Positions 12,939 through 25,514 are shown, numbered from the stretch's first letter. The stretch: 64,000 nucleotides of DNA from a bacterium (GCA_046757525.1 JBHHYI010000001.1:1-64000); one strand, 5' to 3'. A program made the numbers and translations. The notes: generated by a model from the sequence alone, not told the origin.

Positions 12939-15020
12939 ATGTCAAGAGAACACATCTTAGAAAAAACGCGAAACATTGGGATCATGGCGCACATAGACGC
13001 CGGCAAGACCACCACGACCGAACGCATTTTGTTTTATGCGGGCAAGATTCACAGGATGGGTGAGGTTCATGAAGGCGCGGCCACGATGGATTGGATGGAG
13101 CAGGAGAAGGAGCGTGGCATCACCATCACTTCGGCGGCAACGACTTGTTATTGGAAAAAGCATAGAATTAACATTATCGATACCCCGGGTCACGTGGATT
13201 TTACCGTCGAGGTGGAACGGTCGCTCCGAGTCTTAGACGGCGCCATTGCCTTGTTTTGTGCGGTTGGCGGGGTTGAACCACAATCCGAGACGGTTTGGCG
13301 GCAGGCTGACAAATACCAGATACCGCGGATTGCTTTCATTAACAAAATGGATCGAGTGGGAGCGGATTTTTATTCTGCCATCAAGATGATAAAGGAGCGG
13401 TTGGGGGCCAACGTGGTGCCTCTTCAAATTCCCATTGGAGCAGGCGACATGTTTTCCGGTTTGATCGATTTGGTGACCATGAAAGCCGTGATCTACCACG
13501 AGGACAATTTAGGCATCACCTGGGATGAGATTGAGATTCCCCATGATTTGGAAGAGAAAGCGGTTGAATATAGGAATCACTTGCTCGAATCCATTTCAGA
13601 ATACGATGATACGTTGCTCGAAAACTATCTTGAGGGCCGCGAAATAAAGCCAAATGATATCATTCAGGCGGTCAGGACGGCGACCATCGACGTTAGAATC
13701 ACGCCGGTACTCTTAGGCTCTGCTTTCAAAAACAAAGGCATACAACGCTTGTTGGATGCAATCGTTAGTTTTCTTCCTTCCCCTGCCGACATTCCACAAA
13801 TACTTGGTCAACATCCTAAAACTGAGGAAATCATAGCCAGAAAAGCTTCCGATGACGAACCATTTTCGGCGCTGGCTTTCAAGATCATTACCGACCCCTA
13901 TGTTGGCAAGCTGACTTATTTTCGCGTTTATTCTGGCAGCGCCAAGGCCGGGACGTACATTTACAATTCGAACGCAAAGAAGCGAGAACGATTGGGACGT
14001 ATTCTTTTGATGTCGGCAAACAAGCGTGAAGACATCCAGGAAGTGTACACCGGCGACATTGTGGCGGCCGTGGGATTGAAAAACACGAAAACAGGAGACA
14101 CGCTGTGCACCGAGAATAAGCCTATTGTCTTGGAGTCTATGCACTTTCCTGAGCCTGTCATTGCCGTTGCTATCGAGCCGAAAACCAAGGCCGATCATGA
14201 GAAACTCGGGCAATCCCTGGCCAAGCTGGCAGAGGAGGATCCAACTTTCAAGGTCAGGACCGATGAAGAAACCGGTCAAACGATCATTTATGGTATGGGT
14301 GAATTGCATCTGGAGATCTTGGTGGATCGTCTACTTCGAGAGTTTAAAGTGGGTGCGAACGTTGGGAAACCGCAGGTAGCCTACAAAGAAGCGATCACCA
14401 CCAGGGCACAAGCCGAGGGCAAGTTTATCCGCCAATCTGGTGGCCATGGACAATACGGCCATGTGGTAATCGAAATCGAGCCCTCCGAAAAGGGCAAAGG
14501 TTTTGAGTTCATAAACAAAATTGTGGGAGGGGCCATTCCTAAAGAATACGTCAATCCTGTGGCCCAGGGCATTAAGAATGCCATGTTGAACGGTGTCTTG
14601 GCTGGTTACCCCCTCATTGATGTCAAGGTGACGCTGTTGGACGGTTCCTACCATGATGTAGATTCTTCGGAGATGGCATTTAAGGTTGCGGGTTCCATGG
14701 CCTTCAAGGAGGCCGTGTTGAAAGCGAAGCCTGTTTTGATGGAACCGGTGATGGACGTCGAGGTGATTGTTCCTGAGGACTATTTAGGGGAAGTCATGGG
14801 GGACCTCAACGGTCGTCGCGGTAAGATTCGAGGCATTCAGCCAAGGAATGATGCGCAGGTAATTTCAGCTTCAGTCCCGCTGAGTGAAATGTTCGGCTAT
14901 GCCACCACCTTGAGGTCGCTCACTCAGGGTCGCGCCATTTATACGATGCAGTTTGCCCAGTATGAATTGGCTCCTCAATCTGTTTCTGAAAAAGTGATGG
15001 AAAGGGTAAGATCGATTTGA
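12939..15020 (+). CDS. fusA: Elongation factor G
   Basis: [33 protein letters not shown] 12939 after GGAG. Confidence 0.99.
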   Translation: MSREHILEKTRNIGIMAHIDAGKTTTTERILFYAGKIHRMGEVHEGAATMDWMEQEKERGITITSAATTCYWKKHRINIIDTPGHVDFTVEVERSLRVLDGAIALFCAVGGVEPQSETVWRQADKYQIPRIAFINKMDRVGADFYSAIKMIKERLGANVVPLQIPIGAGDMFSGLIDLVTMKAVIYHEDNLGITWDEIEIPHDLEEKAVEYRNHLLESISEYDDTLLENYLEGREIKPNDIIQAVRTATIDVRITPVLLGSAFKNKGIQRLLDAIVSFLPSPADIPQILGQHPKTEEIIARKASDDEPFSALAFKIITDPYVGKLTYFRVYSGSAKAGTYIYNSNAKKRERLGRILLMSANKREDIQEVYTGDIVAAVGLKNTKTGDTLCTENKPIVLESMHFPEPVIAVAIEPKTKADHEKLGQSLAKLAEEDPTFKVRTDEETGQTIIYGMGELHLEILVDRLLREFKVGANVGKPQVAYKEAITTRAQAEGKFIRQSGGHGQYGHVVIEIEPSEKGKGFEFINKIVGGAIPKEYVNPVAQGIKNAMLNGVLAGYPLIDVKVTLLDGSYHDVDSSEMAFKVAGSMAFKEAVLKAKPVLMEPVMDVEVIVPEDYLGEVMGDLNGRRGKIRGIQPRNDAQVISASVPLSEMFGYATTLRSLTQGRAIYTMQFAQYELAPQSVSEKVMERVRSI

Positions 15021-15096
15021 GCTTTGCTACAATAATTGAGCATGCCGTTTTGAATCTATTGAGCTTTATTCTTTAGTTTAACCTGGAGGAATAATC

Positions 15097-16287
15097 ATGG
15101 CAAAACAGAAATACGAAAGAACCAAACCTCATGTGAATATCGGTACCATTGGTCACGTGGATCATGGCAAGACGACCTTAACTTCAGCGATTACCATGTT
15201 GCTCAACAAAGAAGGTTTGGCTGAATATCGTAGCTTTGATTCTATTGACAACGCACCGGAGGAAAAAGCCAGGGGGATTACCATTGCCACCGCACATGTG
15301 GAATATGAAACCGATTCCCGTCATTATGCCCATGTTGACTGTCCAGGACACGCCGATTATGTGAAGAATATGATCACCGGGGCGGCTCAAATGGATGGCG
15401 CCATCTTGGTGGTAAGTGCTGCCGATGGGCCTATGCCACAAACGCGCGAGCATATTTTGCTGGCAAGGCAGGTGGGTGTTCCCTACATCGTAGTTTTCTT
15501 AAACAAGGTCGATATGGTCGACGACCCCGAGTTGCTTGAATTGGTCGAGTTGGAGCTTCGAGAGCTACTGAGTCAGTACGATTTTCCCGGCGATGACATT
15601 CCTATTATCAAGGGAAGTGCCCTGGAGGCCCTGACTCATCCCGAAGATAGCGAAAAATGCAAACCCATCTTTGAGTTGATGGAGGCAGTCGACAGCTACA
15701 TTCCAACGCCAACGCGCGACAAGGATAAGCCGTTTCTCATGCCCGTTGAGGACGTCTTCAGCATCACCGGTCGCGGAACGGTCGGTACGGGTCGTATTGA
15801 AAGAGGCCAGGTGAAAACCGGCGACGAAGTGGAAATCGTGGGATTGGGTGCCAAGAGAAAAAGCGTGGTAACTGGCGTCGAGATGTTCCGAAAGATTTTG
15901 GATTTTGGTGAGGCCGGAGACAATGTGGGCTTGCTGCTGCGTGGCGTGGAAAAGGATGAATTGGAAAGAGGCATGGTGGTTGCTAAGCCCGGCAGTATTA
16001 CGCCGCACACCAAATTCAAGGGCGAGGTTTACGTGTTAACCAAAGAAGAAGGTGGGCGTCACACGCCCTTCTTTAACGGTTACCGACCTCAGTTTTATTT
16101 CAGGACAACCGACGTGACCGGAGTTATTAAACTTCCTGAAGGTATCGAGATGGTCATGCCCGGTGACAATGTGAATATGGATGTGGACCTCATTGCGCCT
16201 ATTGCCATGGAAGAAGGGCTGCGGTTTGCGATTCGTGAAGGTGGACGAACCGTTGGTGCCGGCGTCGTTACCAAGATATTAGAATAA
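15097..16287 (+). CDS. tuf: Elongation factor Tu
   Basis: [42 protein letters not shown]. Confidence 0.99.
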   Translation: MAKQKYERTKPHVNIGTIGHVDHGKTTLTSAITMLLNKEGLAEYRSFDSIDNAPEEKARGITIATAHVEYETDSRHYAHVDCPGHADYVKNMITGAAQMDGAILVVSAADGPMPQTREHILLARQVGVPYIVVFLNKVDMVDDPELLELVELELRELLSQYDFPGDDIPIIKGSALEALTHPEDSEKCKPIFELMEAVDSYIPTPTRDKDKPFLMPVEDVFSITGRGTVGTGRIERGQVKTGDEVEIVGLGAKRKSVVTGVEMFRKILDFGEAGDNVGLLLRGVEKDELERGMVVAKPGSITPHTKFKGEVYVLTKEEGGRHTPFFNGYRPQFYFRTTDVTGVIKLPEGIEMVMPGDNVNMDVDLIAPIAMEEGLRFAIREGGRTVGAGVVTKILE

Positions 16288-16313
16288 ACAAAAACAAGTC
16301 GGAGTCACTTTAA

Positions 16314-16622
16314 GTGGTTGGCCAAAAAATCAGGATTAAATTAAAAGCTTACGATCATCGGCTGATTGACAAATCCGCGGACAAGATCATCAGGACGGCA
16401 AAATCGACCGGTGCTGCCATTTCCGGGCCTGTGCCGCTTCCTACCAATCGTTCGATTTACACGGTTCTCCGTTCACCCCATGTGGACAAGAAATCGAGGG
16501 AGCAGTTCGAGACTCGGATACACAAGCGCTTGATCGATATACTGAATTCGACTCCGAAGACCGTGGATGCGTTGATGAAGTTGGAGCTCCCGGCCGGGGT
16601 CGATGTTGAAATCAAGGTTTAA
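16314..16622 (+). CDS. rpsJ: 30S ribosomal protein uS10
   Basis: [23 protein letters not shown]. Confidence 0.99.
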   Translation: MVGQKIRIKLKAYDHRLIDKSADKIIRTAKSTGAAISGPVPLPTNRSIYTVLRSPHVDKKSREQFETRIHKRLIDILNSTPKTVDALMKLELPAGVDVEIKV

Positions 16623-16677
16623 TTTAATCCACTAAATTGTTTTGTTGTTGCATGGATTCAGGTTCAAGGATCAAATG

Positions 16678-17307
16678 ATGAATGGTTTGATGGGGCGGAA
16701 AATTGGGATGACGCGGATTTTCGACAGCAAGGGCAGGAATGTTCCTGTCACGGTTATCAGCGCAGGGCCTTGTTATATAACCCAGATCAAGCGGGTGGAA
16801 ACGGATGGCTACAATGCCGTGCAAGTGGGCTTCGATGAAAAAAAGGAAAAACACACAAACAAGCCTGAGCTTGGTCATTTTGCCAAGTCAAACACCAAGC
16901 CTATGCGCCTGCTGAAAGAATTCCGAGTGCAGGAACTTCCTGAAGATGTGACCTTGGGGGGTCCAATAGACGTGAGCATCTTTGCTGAAGGGGAGGTAGT
17001 GAAGGTGACCGGGTGGTCTAAAGGCAAAGGATTTCAAGGTGTCGTGAAAAGGCACGGTTTTCGTGGGGGCCCCAAGACGCATGGACAAAGCGATCGTTTG
17101 CGAGCCCCTGGTTCCCTGGGCCAATCTTCTTACCCGGCGCGGGTGTTCAAGGGTATAAGAATGGGTGGCCGCATGGGCAATGACAAAGTGACGCTCAAGA
17201 GCGTAAAGGTTGTGAGGGTTGACAAGGACAAGCACCTAATCATGGTGAAGGGCGGCGTACCCGGATCCGATAACGGCTATGTGATCATCCGTAAAAATGC
17301 GAGTTGA
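16678..17307 (+). CDS. rplC: 50S ribosomal protein uL3
   Basis: GRKIGMT, KGKGFQGVVKRHGF; start ATG 16675 or 16678. Confidence 0.98.
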   Translation: MNGLMGRKIGMTRIFDSKGRNVPVTVISAGPCYITQIKRVETDGYNAVQVGFDEKKEKHTNKPELGHFAKSNTKPMRLLKEFRVQELPEDVTLGGPIDVSIFAEGEVVKVTGWSKGKGFQGVVKRHGFRGGPKTHGQSDRLRAPGSLGQSSYPARVFKGIRMGGRMGNDKVTLKSVKVVRVDKDKHLIMVKGGVPGSDNGYVIIRKNAS

Positions 17308-17309
17308 TT

Positions 17310-17933
17310 ATGGAATTGGAAGTTCTCCAGAGGGATGGCAAAAAATCGGGCAAGAAAGTCAAGCTGCCTGAGAAGGTTTTTGGGATCGAGCCAAAGCCGC
17401 ATGCCGTTTACTTGGCAATAAAGGTTCTTAATGCTAATGCCAGACAGGGTACGGTTGGCACAAAAAACCGGGCTGCTGTTAGAGGCGGAGGCAAGAAACC
17501 GTGGAAACAAAAGGGAAGGGGTGTCGCACGTGCTGGTACGAATCGGTCGCCTTTGTGGGTGGGCGGCGGTCGTGTCTTCGGACCGCAACCGCGGGACTAT
17601 TCGCAAAAAATTCCCAAGAAAGTCATGAAAGCGGCAAAGGCTTCAATCTATTCAGACAAAGCCCGACGAAATGAGATCGTTCTGATTGAAGATTTTAAGT
17701 TGGACAATCCTAAAACCAAAGAGATCGCTGCAGTGCTCAGGGCTATCGGGGTAGAGGAACAAAAGACGCTTTTGCTTCTACCTGAAAAGGACCCCATTAT
17801 GGTCAGGGCAGGTCGCAATATTCCCAAATTGAAGATGAGAGTGGCGGCCACAGAATCGGCTTACGATTTACTGGATTGTGAACGCATTCTCATTCAAGAG
17901 GGTGCCCTCGATAACTTGGTAAAGGTATATTGA
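17310..17933 (+). CDS. rplD: 50S ribosomal protein uL4
   Basis: GGGKKPWKQKGRGVARAG...GGGRVFGPQPR. Confidence 0.98.
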   Translation: MELEVLQRDGKKSGKKVKLPEKVFGIEPKPHAVYLAIKVLNANARQGTVGTKNRAAVRGGGKKPWKQKGRGVARAGTNRSPLWVGGGRVFGPQPRDYSQKIPKKVMKAAKASIYSDKARRNEIVLIEDFKLDNPKTKEIAAVLRAIGVEEQKTLLLLPEKDPIMVRAGRNIPKLKMRVAATESAYDLLDCERILIQEGALDNLVKVY

Positions 17934-17935
17934 GC

Positions 17936-18244
17936 ATGAAGGATTCGGTGAACATATTGATCAAACCTCTTCTAACTGAAAAGATGTTGCGTCTGCAGGA
18001 TGAGGAGCGTAAGTATGCTTTTAAGGTAGCCCCCAAGGCGAATAAAATAGAAATCAAACAGGCGATTGAAGACAAATTCAACGTCAGAATAAAGCATGTC
18101 CGTACGATCAATGTTAAGGGCAAGAGCAAGAGAATGAACACGCGTCGGGGCATAACGCGTGGCCGGCGTTCTGATTGGAAGAAGGCCATCGTCACTTTGC
18201 AGGAAGATTTCTCCATCGATTTCTTTCAAGGTCAGCATGGTTAA
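17936..18244 (+). CDS. rplW: 50S ribosomal protein uL23
   Basis: KPLLTEK, ANKIEIKQA, WKKAIVTL. Confidence 0.98.
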   Translation: MKDSVNILIKPLLTEKMLRLQDEERKYAFKVAPKANKIEIKQAIEDKFNVRIKHVRTINVKGKSKRMNTRRGITRGRRSDWKKAIVTLQEDFSIDFFQGQHG

Positions 18245-18258
18245 ACTGAGGGTTCAGA

Positions 18259-19080
18259 ATGGGTATTAAGTCTTTCAAACCAAGGACTCCGAGTCTTCGG
18301 TATCAAACGGTCTTAACTTTTGATGAAATCACCAGGAGCAGACCTGAGAAGTCGCTTCTCAGACCTTTGCGGCAAAGCGGCGGGCGTAACAATAATGGTC
18401 ACGTTACAGCCCGTTTCAGGGGTGGTGGTCACAAACGAAGCTACCGCATGGTTGACTTTAAGCGCAACAAGGATGGCGTTCCGGCGCGCGTGGCTGCCAT
18501 AGAATATGATCCCAACCGCTCGGCGAATATTGCTTTGCTGAATTATCGCGACGGTGAAAAAAGATACATCATAGCTCCGCTTGGGATAAAAGTAGGCGAC
18601 GAGGTGTTGACTGGTGAGGAGGCCGAGATTCGTGTGGGCAATGCGCTGCCCCTGAGCAAAATTCCGTTAGGCACATTAGTGCATAATGTGGAGTTAAAGG
18701 TCGGCAAGGGGGGACAAATCGCGCGCGGAGCCGGCACGCATGCCCAGTTGGTCGCCAAAGAAGGCAAGTACGCTCAGCTCAAGCTGCCTTCTGGTGAAGT
18801 CCGGATTGTGCGTCAGGAGTGTCGAGCAACCATTGGGCAGATCGGCAATGTGGACCACGAGAATGTGAAATTTGGCAAAGCCGGGCGCCGGAGATGGTTG
18901 GGGCGGCGTCCTCACGTTCGCGGTGTGGCAATGAACCCGGTGGATCACCCAATGGGTGGCGGTGAAGGCAAGGCTTCCGGGGGCAGGCATCCGTGTTCGC
19001 CCTGGGGTAAACCGGCCAAGGGCGGCAAGACCAGAAGGAAAAAACAATCGGATCGTTTGATAATCAAAAAACGAAAATAA
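18259..19080 (+). CDS. rplB: 50S ribosomal protein uL2
   Basis: [27 protein letters not shown]. Confidence 0.99.
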   Translation: MGIKSFKPRTPSLRYQTVLTFDEITRSRPEKSLLRPLRQSGGRNNNGHVTARFRGGGHKRSYRMVDFKRNKDGVPARVAAIEYDPNRSANIALLNYRDGEKRYIIAPLGIKVGDEVLTGEEAEIRVGNALPLSKIPLGTLVHNVELKVGKGGQIARGAGTHAQLVAKEGKYAQLKLPSGEVRIVRQECRATIGQIGNVDHENVKFGKAGRRRWLGRRPHVRGVAMNPVDHPMGGGEGKASGGRHPCSPWGKPAKGGKTRRKKQSDRLIIKKRK

Positions 19081-19093
19081 CTTTAGGTGATAC

Positions 19094-19381
19094 ATGCCTC
19101 GTTCAATTAAGAAGGGTCCTTATGTTGATCCTAAGCTGCAAAAGAAGATTCAAGAATTAAACAGAGCTAATCGGAAAAAAGTCCTGAAAACCTGGGCAAG
19201 GCGTTCGACGATTACCCCGGAATTTGTTGGTCACACGCTGGCCATTCACAATGGCAACAAATTTGTGCCGGTGTTTATAACCGAAAATATGGTTGGCCAC
19301 AAATTAGGGGAGTTTTCTCCCACCAGGACGTTCAGAGGGCATGGGGGGAAGTCGGCTGAGAAATCCTCCCGGGTTAAGTGA
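19094..19381 (+). CDS. rpsS: 30S ribosomal protein uS19
   Basis: [22 protein letters not shown]. Confidence 0.99.
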   Translation: MPRSIKKGPYVDPKLQKKIQELNRANRKKVLKTWARRSTITPEFVGHTLAIHNGNKFVPVFITENMVGHKLGEFSPTRTFRGHGGKSAEKSSRVK

Positions 19382-19417
19382 GGCAAGGGTTGAACCACTG
19401 ACCACTAAGGAGATGAG

Positions 19418-19765
19418 ATGGAAGCGCGTGCCATTGCCAAGTATGTGAGAATGTCGCCTCGTAAGGTCAGGCAAGTCGTTGACCTGATTCGCGGCGAAGG
19501 GGTCGATCATGCTTTGAATATTTTGCATTTTACCCGAAAGGCGGCCGCTCGACCGGTCGAGAAGACCCTGAGATCGGCCATTGCCAACATGTTGAACATT
19601 GAGGCGGCTTCGAAGGTAGACCCTGAAACCTTGATCGTAAAAGAAGCAAAAGTGGATAAGGGATTCTCATTTCGGCGCTTTCGGGCCGCATCGATGGGGA
19701 GGGCCATGCGCATGAGACGGCCGACGAGTCATATTACCATTGTGGTAACTGATGAGATGGAATAA
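19418..19765 (+). CDS. rplV: 50S ribosomal protein uL22
   Basis: RMSPRKVR, SAIAN, TSHITIVV. Confidence 0.98.
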   Translation: MEARAIAKYVRMSPRKVRQVVDLIRGEGVDHALNILHFTRKAAARPVEKTLRSAIANMLNIEAASKVDPETLIVKEAKVDKGFSFRRFRAASMGRAMRMRRPTSHITIVVTDEME

Positions 19766-19798
19766 CTGTGGTGGAATAAACTAAAATCTGGAGGCATA

Positions 19799-20437
19799 TT
19801 GGGTCAAAAAACGAATCCGATCGGTTTGAGATTGGGCATTATCAGAAGTTGGGAATCTAATTGGTACGATGAGAGGGACTTCTCCACCAAACTGCAAGAA
19901 GATTTGATGCTCAGGCGCTATGTGCGCAGTAGATTACAGAAAGCAGGGATTTCGACCATACAAATCGAAAGGACGCCCCGGCGCATCACGCTTTCCATTT
20001 ATACGGCCAGACCTGGAATCGTCATTGGCAGGAAGGGGGCCGAAGTGGACAAGCTCAAGGAGGAGTTGCAGCGGTTGACCGATAAGGAGGTTCAACTGAA
20101 CATCAGTGAAATCAAGAAACCTGAACTGGATGCCTTTCTGGTAGCCGAAAATATTGCCAATCAGTTGGAAGCCAAGATCTCGTTCCGGCGGGCCATGAAG
20201 AAGGCGATCATGAGCACCATGAGAATGGGAGCCGAAGGTGTCAGGATCTCTTGTGCAGGACGATTGGGGGGTGCAGAAATGGCCAGGACTGAGCATTACA
20301 AAGATGGGCGTATACCGTTGCACACGTTGCGGGCGGACATCGATTTTGCCAAAGCAACGGCCAAGACCCAATATGGTGCTATCGGTGTGAAAGTCTGGAT
20401 TTGTAAGGGTGAGATCATGCGGAGCAAGGGAGCTTAG
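19799..20437 (+). CDS. rpsC: 30S ribosomal protein uS3 (TTG start)
   Basis: [32 protein letters not shown]. Confidence 0.99.
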   Translation: MGQKTNPIGLRLGIIRSWESNWYDERDFSTKLQEDLMLRRYVRSRLQKAGISTIQIERTPRRITLSIYTARPGIVIGRKGAEVDKLKEELQRLTDKEVQLNISEIKKPELDAFLVAENIANQLEAKISFRRAMKKAIMSTMRMGAEGVRISCAGRLGGAEMARTEHYKDGRIPLHTLRADIDFAKATAKTQYGAIGVKVWICKGEIMRSKGA

Positions 20438-20440
20438 ATT

Positions 20441-20860
20441 ATGTTAATGCCTAAACGTGTAAAATTTCGCAAACAGCAACGCAAGCGGATGCGCGGCAAA
20501 GCCATGCGAGGCTCTAAGATTGCTTTTGGCCAATTTGGCCTTAAAGCGTTGGCGCCCGGCTGGATAACGGCGCGACAAATCGAAGCCGCCAGAATTGCTC
20601 TGACACGCCACATCAAGCGCGGCGGCAAGGTCTGGATTCGAGTGTTCCCGCATAAGCCGGTCACACAAAAGCCGGCTGAAACACGGATGGGCAAAGGCAA
20701 AGGGTCGCCGGAATACTGGGTTGTAGTGGTCAAACCGGGAAGGATATTGTTTGAATTGAGTGGCGTTTCGGAAGAATTGGCGCGTGAGGCTTTTCGGCTG
20801 GCGTCTCATAAATTGCCCATTAGCACCCGATTTGTTAGTCAAGCCGATTTTGGAGAATAG
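20441..20860 (+). CDS. rplP: 50S ribosomal protein uL16
   Basis: [20 protein letters not shown]. Confidence 0.99.
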   Translation: MLMPKRVKFRKQQRKRMRGKAMRGSKIAFGQFGLKALAPGWITARQIEAARIALTRHIKRGGKVWIRVFPHKPVTQKPAETRMGKGKGSPEYWVVVVKPGRILFELSGVSEELAREAFRLASHKLPISTRFVSQADFGE

Positions 20861-20862
20861 CA

Positions 20863-21075
20863 ATGAAGATGCTCGAAATAAAAGAGATGACCAAATCTGA
20901 GATAGATCTCGAGCTGGAGGACACCATCGAAGAACTCTATAATCTCAGGTTCCAGCATGCCATGCACCAATTGGATAATCCGAAACGACTGAATGAGGTC
21001 AGGAAGGATATCGCACGGTTGAAAACCGTATTGCATGAATTTGAGCTGAACATTAGAAAATTAAAAGACGCATAG
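20863..21075 (+). CDS. rpmC: 50S ribosomal protein uL29
   Basis: ELYNLRFQ...RKDIARLKT. Confidence 0.97.
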   Translation: MKMLEIKEMTKSEIDLELEDTIEELYNLRFQHAMHQLDNPKRLNEVRKDIARLKTVLHEFELNIRKLKDA

Positions 21076-21101
21076 AACCTAATAAACCTAATAGTTGGGT
21101 A

Positions 21102-21362
21102 ATGATGACTGAAAGAGGTATCAGAAAATCCAAGGTTGGCAAGGTCGTTTCCAATAAGATGGACAAAAGTGTGGTAATCGCTGTTGAAAGACTGGTTCGG
21201 CACCCATTGTACAAAAAATATTACAAGAAGACCTCTAAGTTCATGGCGCACGATGAAAACAACGAGTGCCAGGTTGGTGACGTGGTCAAGGTCATGGAAA
21301 CTCGCCCTTTGAGCAAGCACAAGAGATGGCGTTTGGTGGAAATCCTTCAAAAAGTGAAATAG
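21102..21362 (+). CDS. rpsQ: 30S ribosomal protein uS17
   Basis: [23 protein letters not shown]. Confidence 0.98.
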   Translation: MMTERGIRKSKVGKVVSNKMDKSVVIAVERLVRHPLYKKYYKKTSKFMAHDENNECQVGDVVKVMETRPLSKHKRWRLVEILQKVK

Positions 21363-21385
21363 CAACTCAGGTTTAGGAAGCTCAA

Positions 21386-21754
21386 ATGATTCAGCAATAT
21401 ACGCAATTGAACGTTGCCGACAACACCGGGGCCAAGCGGGTTATGTGCATCCTGGTTCCTGGAGGCACCAAGAGACGGTATGCCCACGTTGGTGACGAGA
21501 TCATGGTTTCGGTCAAGGCGGCGATTCCCGGAAGTTCTGTGAAGAAGGGTGATGTAAGCAGAGCCGTGATCGTGCGAACTAAGAAAGAAATCAGAAGGTA
21601 CGATGGGTCCTATATCAGGTTTGACGAAAACGCAGCCGTCTTGATAACCGATCAAAAGGAACCTCGCGGGACACGAATTTTTGGCCCCGTGGCCCGTGAA
21701 TTGCGCGAAAAGCAATACATGAAAATCGTTTCTTTAGCGCCTGAAGTGCTTTAG
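21386..21754 (+). CDS. rplN: 50S ribosomal protein uL14
   Basis: [27 protein letters not shown]. Confidence 0.99.
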   Translation: MIQQYTQLNVADNTGAKRVMCILVPGGTKRRYAHVGDEIMVSVKAAIPGSSVKKGDVSRAVIVRTKKEIRRYDGSYIRFDENAAVLITDQKEPRGTRIFGPVARELREKQYMKIVSLAPEVL

Positions 21755-21778
21755 CGACAACTTATTGGAGTTAAACAA

Positions 21779-22105
21779 ATGCGTGTCAAACGGAATGATC
21801 AGGTGTTGGTACTTTCTGGAGAATATAAGGGAAAGAAGGGGCGCGTGCTCAAGGTGTATCCGCGTAGACAGCGACTCATTGTGGAGGGTGTAAATTTTGT
21901 GAAAAGGCACATGCGGCCATCGTCAACCATTCCGCAGGGCGGCATCATCGAAAAGGAGGCCTTGATTCATGCTTCTAATGTGATGGTGGTTTGTCCCAAG
22001 TGTGACACGCCCACACGCACCCGACACGACTTTTTGGGCGAGGGTGAGAAGGCGTCGCGCGCCAAGGCCCGAGTGTGCAAGAAATGTGGAGAAATGCTTG
22101 AATAA
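21779..22105 (+). CDS. rplX: 50S ribosomal protein uL24
   Basis: KOW motif [19 protein letters not shown]; two CxxC motifs. Confidence 0.97.
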   Translation: MRVKRNDQVLVLSGEYKGKKGRVLKVYPRRQRLIVEGVNFVKRHMRPSSTIPQGGIIEKEALIHASNVMVVCPKCDTPTRTRHDFLGEGEKASRAKARVCKKCGEMLE

Positions 22106-22130
22106 ACCGCAAAACAAAGAAGAGTCAAAG

Positions 22131-22688
22131 ATGGCTGAATACTACCCCAGACTTTTATCGCAATACAGAGAGAAAATAATTCCGTCGTTGAAATCGCATT
22201 TTGGGTACAAGAACATTATGCAGGTGCCCAAACTCGAAAAGATAGTAGTCAATATGGGCATTGGAGAGGCTGTGGATGACGCCAAAGCGTTAGACATGGC
22301 TGTGGAGGATTTAAAGGTCATCACGGGTCAGAAGCCTGCTCTTACCAAGGCCAAAAAGTCGATTTCTAATTTCAAATTGAGAGAAGGCAACAAGATTGGC
22401 TGCAAGGTGACCTTGCGGAGCTGGCGCATGTATGAATTTCTGGACAGATTGATTAGTTTGGCTATCCCCAGAGTACGCGACTTTCGAGGTCTGTCCGACC
22501 GCTCTTTCGATGGCCGCGGGAACTATTCGTTAGGGGTTCGGGAGCAAATTATTTTTCCTGAAATCAACTACGATAAAATAGACCGCATACGTGGCATGAA
22601 CATCACAATTGTGACCAGTGCCAAGACTGATGAGGAGGCGTTTCGCCTGCTGTCGGAATTTGGAATGCCATTTAGAAAGGTAAACTAA
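22131..22688 (+). CDS. rplE: 50S ribosomal protein uL5
   Basis: [28 protein letters not shown]; start ATG 22131 (TTG 22098 possible). Confidence 0.98.
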   Translation: MAEYYPRLLSQYREKIIPSLKSHFGYKNIMQVPKLEKIVVNMGIGEAVDDAKALDMAVEDLKVITGQKPALTKAKKSISNFKLREGNKIGCKVTLRSWRMYEFLDRLISLAIPRVRDFRGLSDRSFDGRGNYSLGVREQIIFPEINYDKIDRIRGMNITIVTSAKTDEEAFRLLSEFGMPFRKVN

Positions 22689-22722
22689 TTGTTTTCTTCC
22701 TGATATGAAATGAGGCATAAGA

Positions 22723-22908
22723 GTGGCTAAGAAATCTTTAATTGCAAAACAAAAACGCGAACCCAAGTTCAAGGTGAGAAAATACAATCGGTGTAAGAAA
22801 TGTGGCAGGCCGCGCGGTTATCTGAGAAAGTTTGGACTTTGTCGTATCTGTTTTCGAGAAATGGCCCTGGAGGGAAAAATACCAGGCGTGGTCAAAGCAA
22901 GCTGGTAA
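22723..22908 (+). CDS. rpsN: 30S ribosomal protein uS14, short Zn type
   Basis: 61 aa, RCKKCGRPR...LCRICFRE...ASW. Confidence 0.98.
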   Translation: MAKKSLIAKQKREPKFKVRKYNRCKKCGRPRGYLRKFGLCRICFREMALEGKIPGVVKASW

Positions 22909-22939
22909 CCTTTTCACTACTCTTTAGGATAAACGTAAC

Positions 22940-23338
22940 ATGACAATGACCGATCCCATTGCAGATTATCTGACAAGGATTAGAAATGCAACGTCTGCTA
23001 AGCACAACAAATTGGATGTTCCTGCATCTAATATTAAGAAGAGTATGACTAAGATACTCAAAGAATATGGCTATATTCAAAACTATTTGCTAATCGATGA
23101 TCAAAAAAATGGCATCATTCGCATATATCTCAAGTATGATGACGAAGGCAATAGTGTAATACACGGGTTGAAGCGCATCAGCACACCTGGTTTTAGGAAG
23201 TATGTTGGGGTGGGAGACATTCCCAGAGTATTCAATAACCTGGGCATTGCCATATTGTCCACACCAAGGGGCGTCATCTCTGATCGGGATGCCCGACATG
23301 TGCGAACGGGTGGCGAGGTGCTGTGTTATGTCTGGTAA
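22940..23338 (+). CDS. rpsH: 30S ribosomal protein uS8
   Basis: TDPIADYLTRIRNA, GGEVLCYVW. Confidence 0.99.
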   Translation: MTMTDPIADYLTRIRNATSAKHNKLDVPASNIKKSMTKILKEYGYIQNYLLIDDQKNGIIRIYLKYDDEGNSVIHGLKRISTPGFRKYVGVGDIPRVFNNLGIAILSTPRGVISDRDARHVRTGGEVLCYVW

Positions 23339-23362
23339 TTCGTAGCGATTAAGGAGATATCT

Positions 23363-23899
23363 GTGTCACGTGTTGGTAAAAGAATTATTGATCTGCCGCA
23401 AGGCGTTGAGGTCTCAATCAAGGATAGGTTGGTCACGGTTAAAGGGCCCAAAGGGGAATTGTCCAGAACCGTCACTCCCGGAATCAAGGTAAAGATTGAG
23501 CAGAACCAAATGCTGGTGAAGTGCAGCAAGGACAACAAATATTACAATTCGTTACATGGCCTTTACCGCACGCTTCTTTACAATATGGTGGTTGGCGTAA
23601 CCGACGGCTTTGAAAAGAAATTGGAAATCGTAGGTGTCGGTTACAGAGGCGAACTGAAGAATAGTCGGTTGAATCTGCAACTGGGGTTTTCGCATCCCAT
23701 TGTGTTCGTGCCTCCAGGAGGCGTTGAAGTTGAATGCGCCACGCCTACCAATATCAGCGTGCGAGGAATTGATAAGGAGTTGGTGGGGCAGGTGGCTGCC
23801 AAGATTCGCTCTTTCAGGCCGCCAGAACCCTATAAAGGCAAAGGAATAAAATACTCAGGTGAGCAAATTCGCAGGAAAGCAGGCAAGGCTGCTGCTTAA
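23363..23899 (+). CDS. rplF: 50S ribosomal protein uL6
   Basis: SRVGK, VKGPKGEL, PPEPYKGKGI. Confidence 0.99.
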   Translation: MSRVGKRIIDLPQGVEVSIKDRLVTVKGPKGELSRTVTPGIKVKIEQNQMLVKCSKDNKYYNSLHGLYRTLLYNMVVGVTDGFEKKLEIVGVGYRGELKNSRLNLQLGFSHPIVFVPPGGVEVECATPTNISVRGIDKELVGQVAAKIRSFRPPEPYKGKGIKYSGEQIRRKAGKAAA

Positions 23900-23920
23900 C
23901 AGGAATTTTTTGGATCCAAG

Positions 23921-24295
23921 ATGAAAGACAAACATAAAGTAAAAAGATTGAAAAAAGCACGAAAAAAGTTGGGGGCGAGAAAAAAAATCACCGGAACGGC
24001 GCAAAGGCCTCGATTGATTGTTTTTCGCAGTTCCAAAAACATTTATGCCCAACTGTTCGACGATGTTAAGGGCCAGGCGCTTACCGGTGTTTCGACGCTC
24101 ACCCCTGATTTGCAAGACTCAGTCGTCAAAGCTGCAAACAAAACAGAGGCTTCCAAAGTGGTCGGCAAAGCCATTGCTGACAAGGCAAAATCCTTAAAAG
24201 TGAAGGCCGTGGTTTTTGACAGAAATGGTTATTTGTATCACGGCCGGGTCAAGGCGGTTGCAGAAGGCGCACGAGAGAACGGCCTTAAGTTCTAA
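23921..24295 (+). CDS. rplR: 50S ribosomal protein uL18
   Basis: RPRLIVFRS, FDRNGYLYHGRVKA. Confidence 0.98.
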   Translation: MKDKHKVKRLKKARKKLGARKKITGTAQRPRLIVFRSSKNIYAQLFDDVKGQALTGVSTLTPDLQDSVVKAANKTEASKVVGKAIADKAKSLKVKAVVFDRNGYLYHGRVKAVAEGARENGLKF

Positions 24296-24325
24296 CAGAG
24301 CAAGTAATTAGTTTAGGAGAAATAA

Positions 24326-24847
24326 TTGAAAAGATCGTTGAAGATTAGTCCCGGTGAACTGGACCTCAAGGAGCGCGTTGTTCACATTAATCGTGTGGCG
24401 AAGGTTGTTAAGGGCGGTCGTCGTTTTAGCTTTAATGCCATTGTGATCGTGGGCGATGGCAATGGTCATGTGGGGGTCGGTTTGGGGAAAGCTAATGAGG
24501 TTGCCAGCTCTATCACTAAGGGTTCTGAAAATGCCAAGAAGAACCTGGTTAAGGTGCCCATCATAAATGGCACCATACCCCATGCGATTTATGGCAAATC
24601 TGGGGCTGGCAAAGTCTTTTTGAAACCAGCGTCGCCTGGGACCGGGGTAATTGCCGGAGGCGCTGTCCGGGCCATCGTGGAGTCGGCCGGAATTCAAGAT
24701 ATTCTGACCAAGTCTATCGGATCTTCTAATCCTCATAATGTGGTTAAAGCCACCATCAATGCTTTGTCGAATATTTTGCAACTACCCGTTTTGGCTCGAC
24801 AACGCGGTCTGACGTTTTCAGAGGTTTTTAATAAAACCACCATTTGA
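24326..24847 (+). CDS. rpsE: 30S ribosomal protein uS5 (TTG start)
   Basis: [22 protein letters not shown]. Confidence 0.99.
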   Translation: MKRSLKISPGELDLKERVVHINRVAKVVKGGRRFSFNAIVIVGDGNGHVGVGLGKANEVASSITKGSENAKKNLVKVPIINGTIPHAIYGKSGAGKVFLKPASPGTGVIAGGAVRAIVESAGIQDILTKSIGSSNPHNVVKATINALSNILQLPVLARQRGLTFSEVFNKTTI

Positions 24848-24867
24848 CCTGATTGGGAATGTAGCAG

Positions 24868-25056
24868 ATGGCTAAGAAAAAGAAACTAAAAATCACGCAA
24901 ACGCGCAGCATTATCGGTCGCATTTTGAAGCAGAAGCGTACCATCGAAGCGTTAGGGCTGAAGCGCATGCACCATTCGGTGGTGCACGACGACACCCCGC
25001 AGATTCGTGGTATGATCAGCAAGGTCAGTCATCTTGTCAGCGTGGAGGAAGTTTAA
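24868..25056 (+). CDS. rpmD: 50S ribosomal protein uL30
   Basis: RSIIG...ALGL...[11 protein letters not shown]. Confidence 0.97.
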   Translation: MAKKKKLKITQTRSIIGRILKQKRTIEALGLKRMHHSVVHDDTPQIRGMISKVSHLVSVEEV

Positions 25057-25073
25057 GATTCATCGAGGAAAAC

Positions 25074-25514
25074 ATGGACTTGTCTAACTTAAAATATGCT
25101 CCCGGTTCAAAGAAGAAAAGAAAAAGGATTGGCAGAGGGCAGGGTTCTGGTTACGGAGGTACCTCTGGCAAAGGACACAAAGGTCAAAATTCGCGCTCCG
25201 GTTCCAAGACCTACCCATGGTTTGAAGGGGGGCAGATGCCATTGCAACGCCGGTTGCCCAAACGTGGCTTCACCAATATTTTCAAGAAGGTGTTTCAAAT
25301 CGTCAACCTCAGGGATTTGGAGCGACTGGACAGGGTTGAAGCGATTACGCCTGAGACTCTGTATGAAAATGGTTTAATCAAGAACAAGCAGATTCCGGTA
25401 AAAATACTGGGCGTAGGTGAGCCAAAGAAGGGCATTGAGGTTTCTGCGCATGCCTTCAGCGCTTCGGCGCAGGAAAAAATAGAGAAAGCAGGTGGGAAGG
25501 TCATCTTGCTATGA
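25074..25514 (+). CDS. rplO: 50S ribosomal protein uL15
   Basis: [24 protein letters not shown]. Confidence 0.99.
   Translation: MDLSNLKYAPGSKKKRKRIGRGQGSGYGGTSGKGHKGQNSRSGSKTYPWFEGGQMPLQRRLPKRGFTNIFKKVFQIVNLRDLERLDRVEAITPETLYENGLIKNKQIPVKILGVGEPKKGIEVSAHAFSASAQEKIEKAGGKVILL

Noticed and set aside
22002..22130. Apparent N-terminal extension of uL5
   Set aside because: It overlaps rplX in another frame; longest-ORF artefact.
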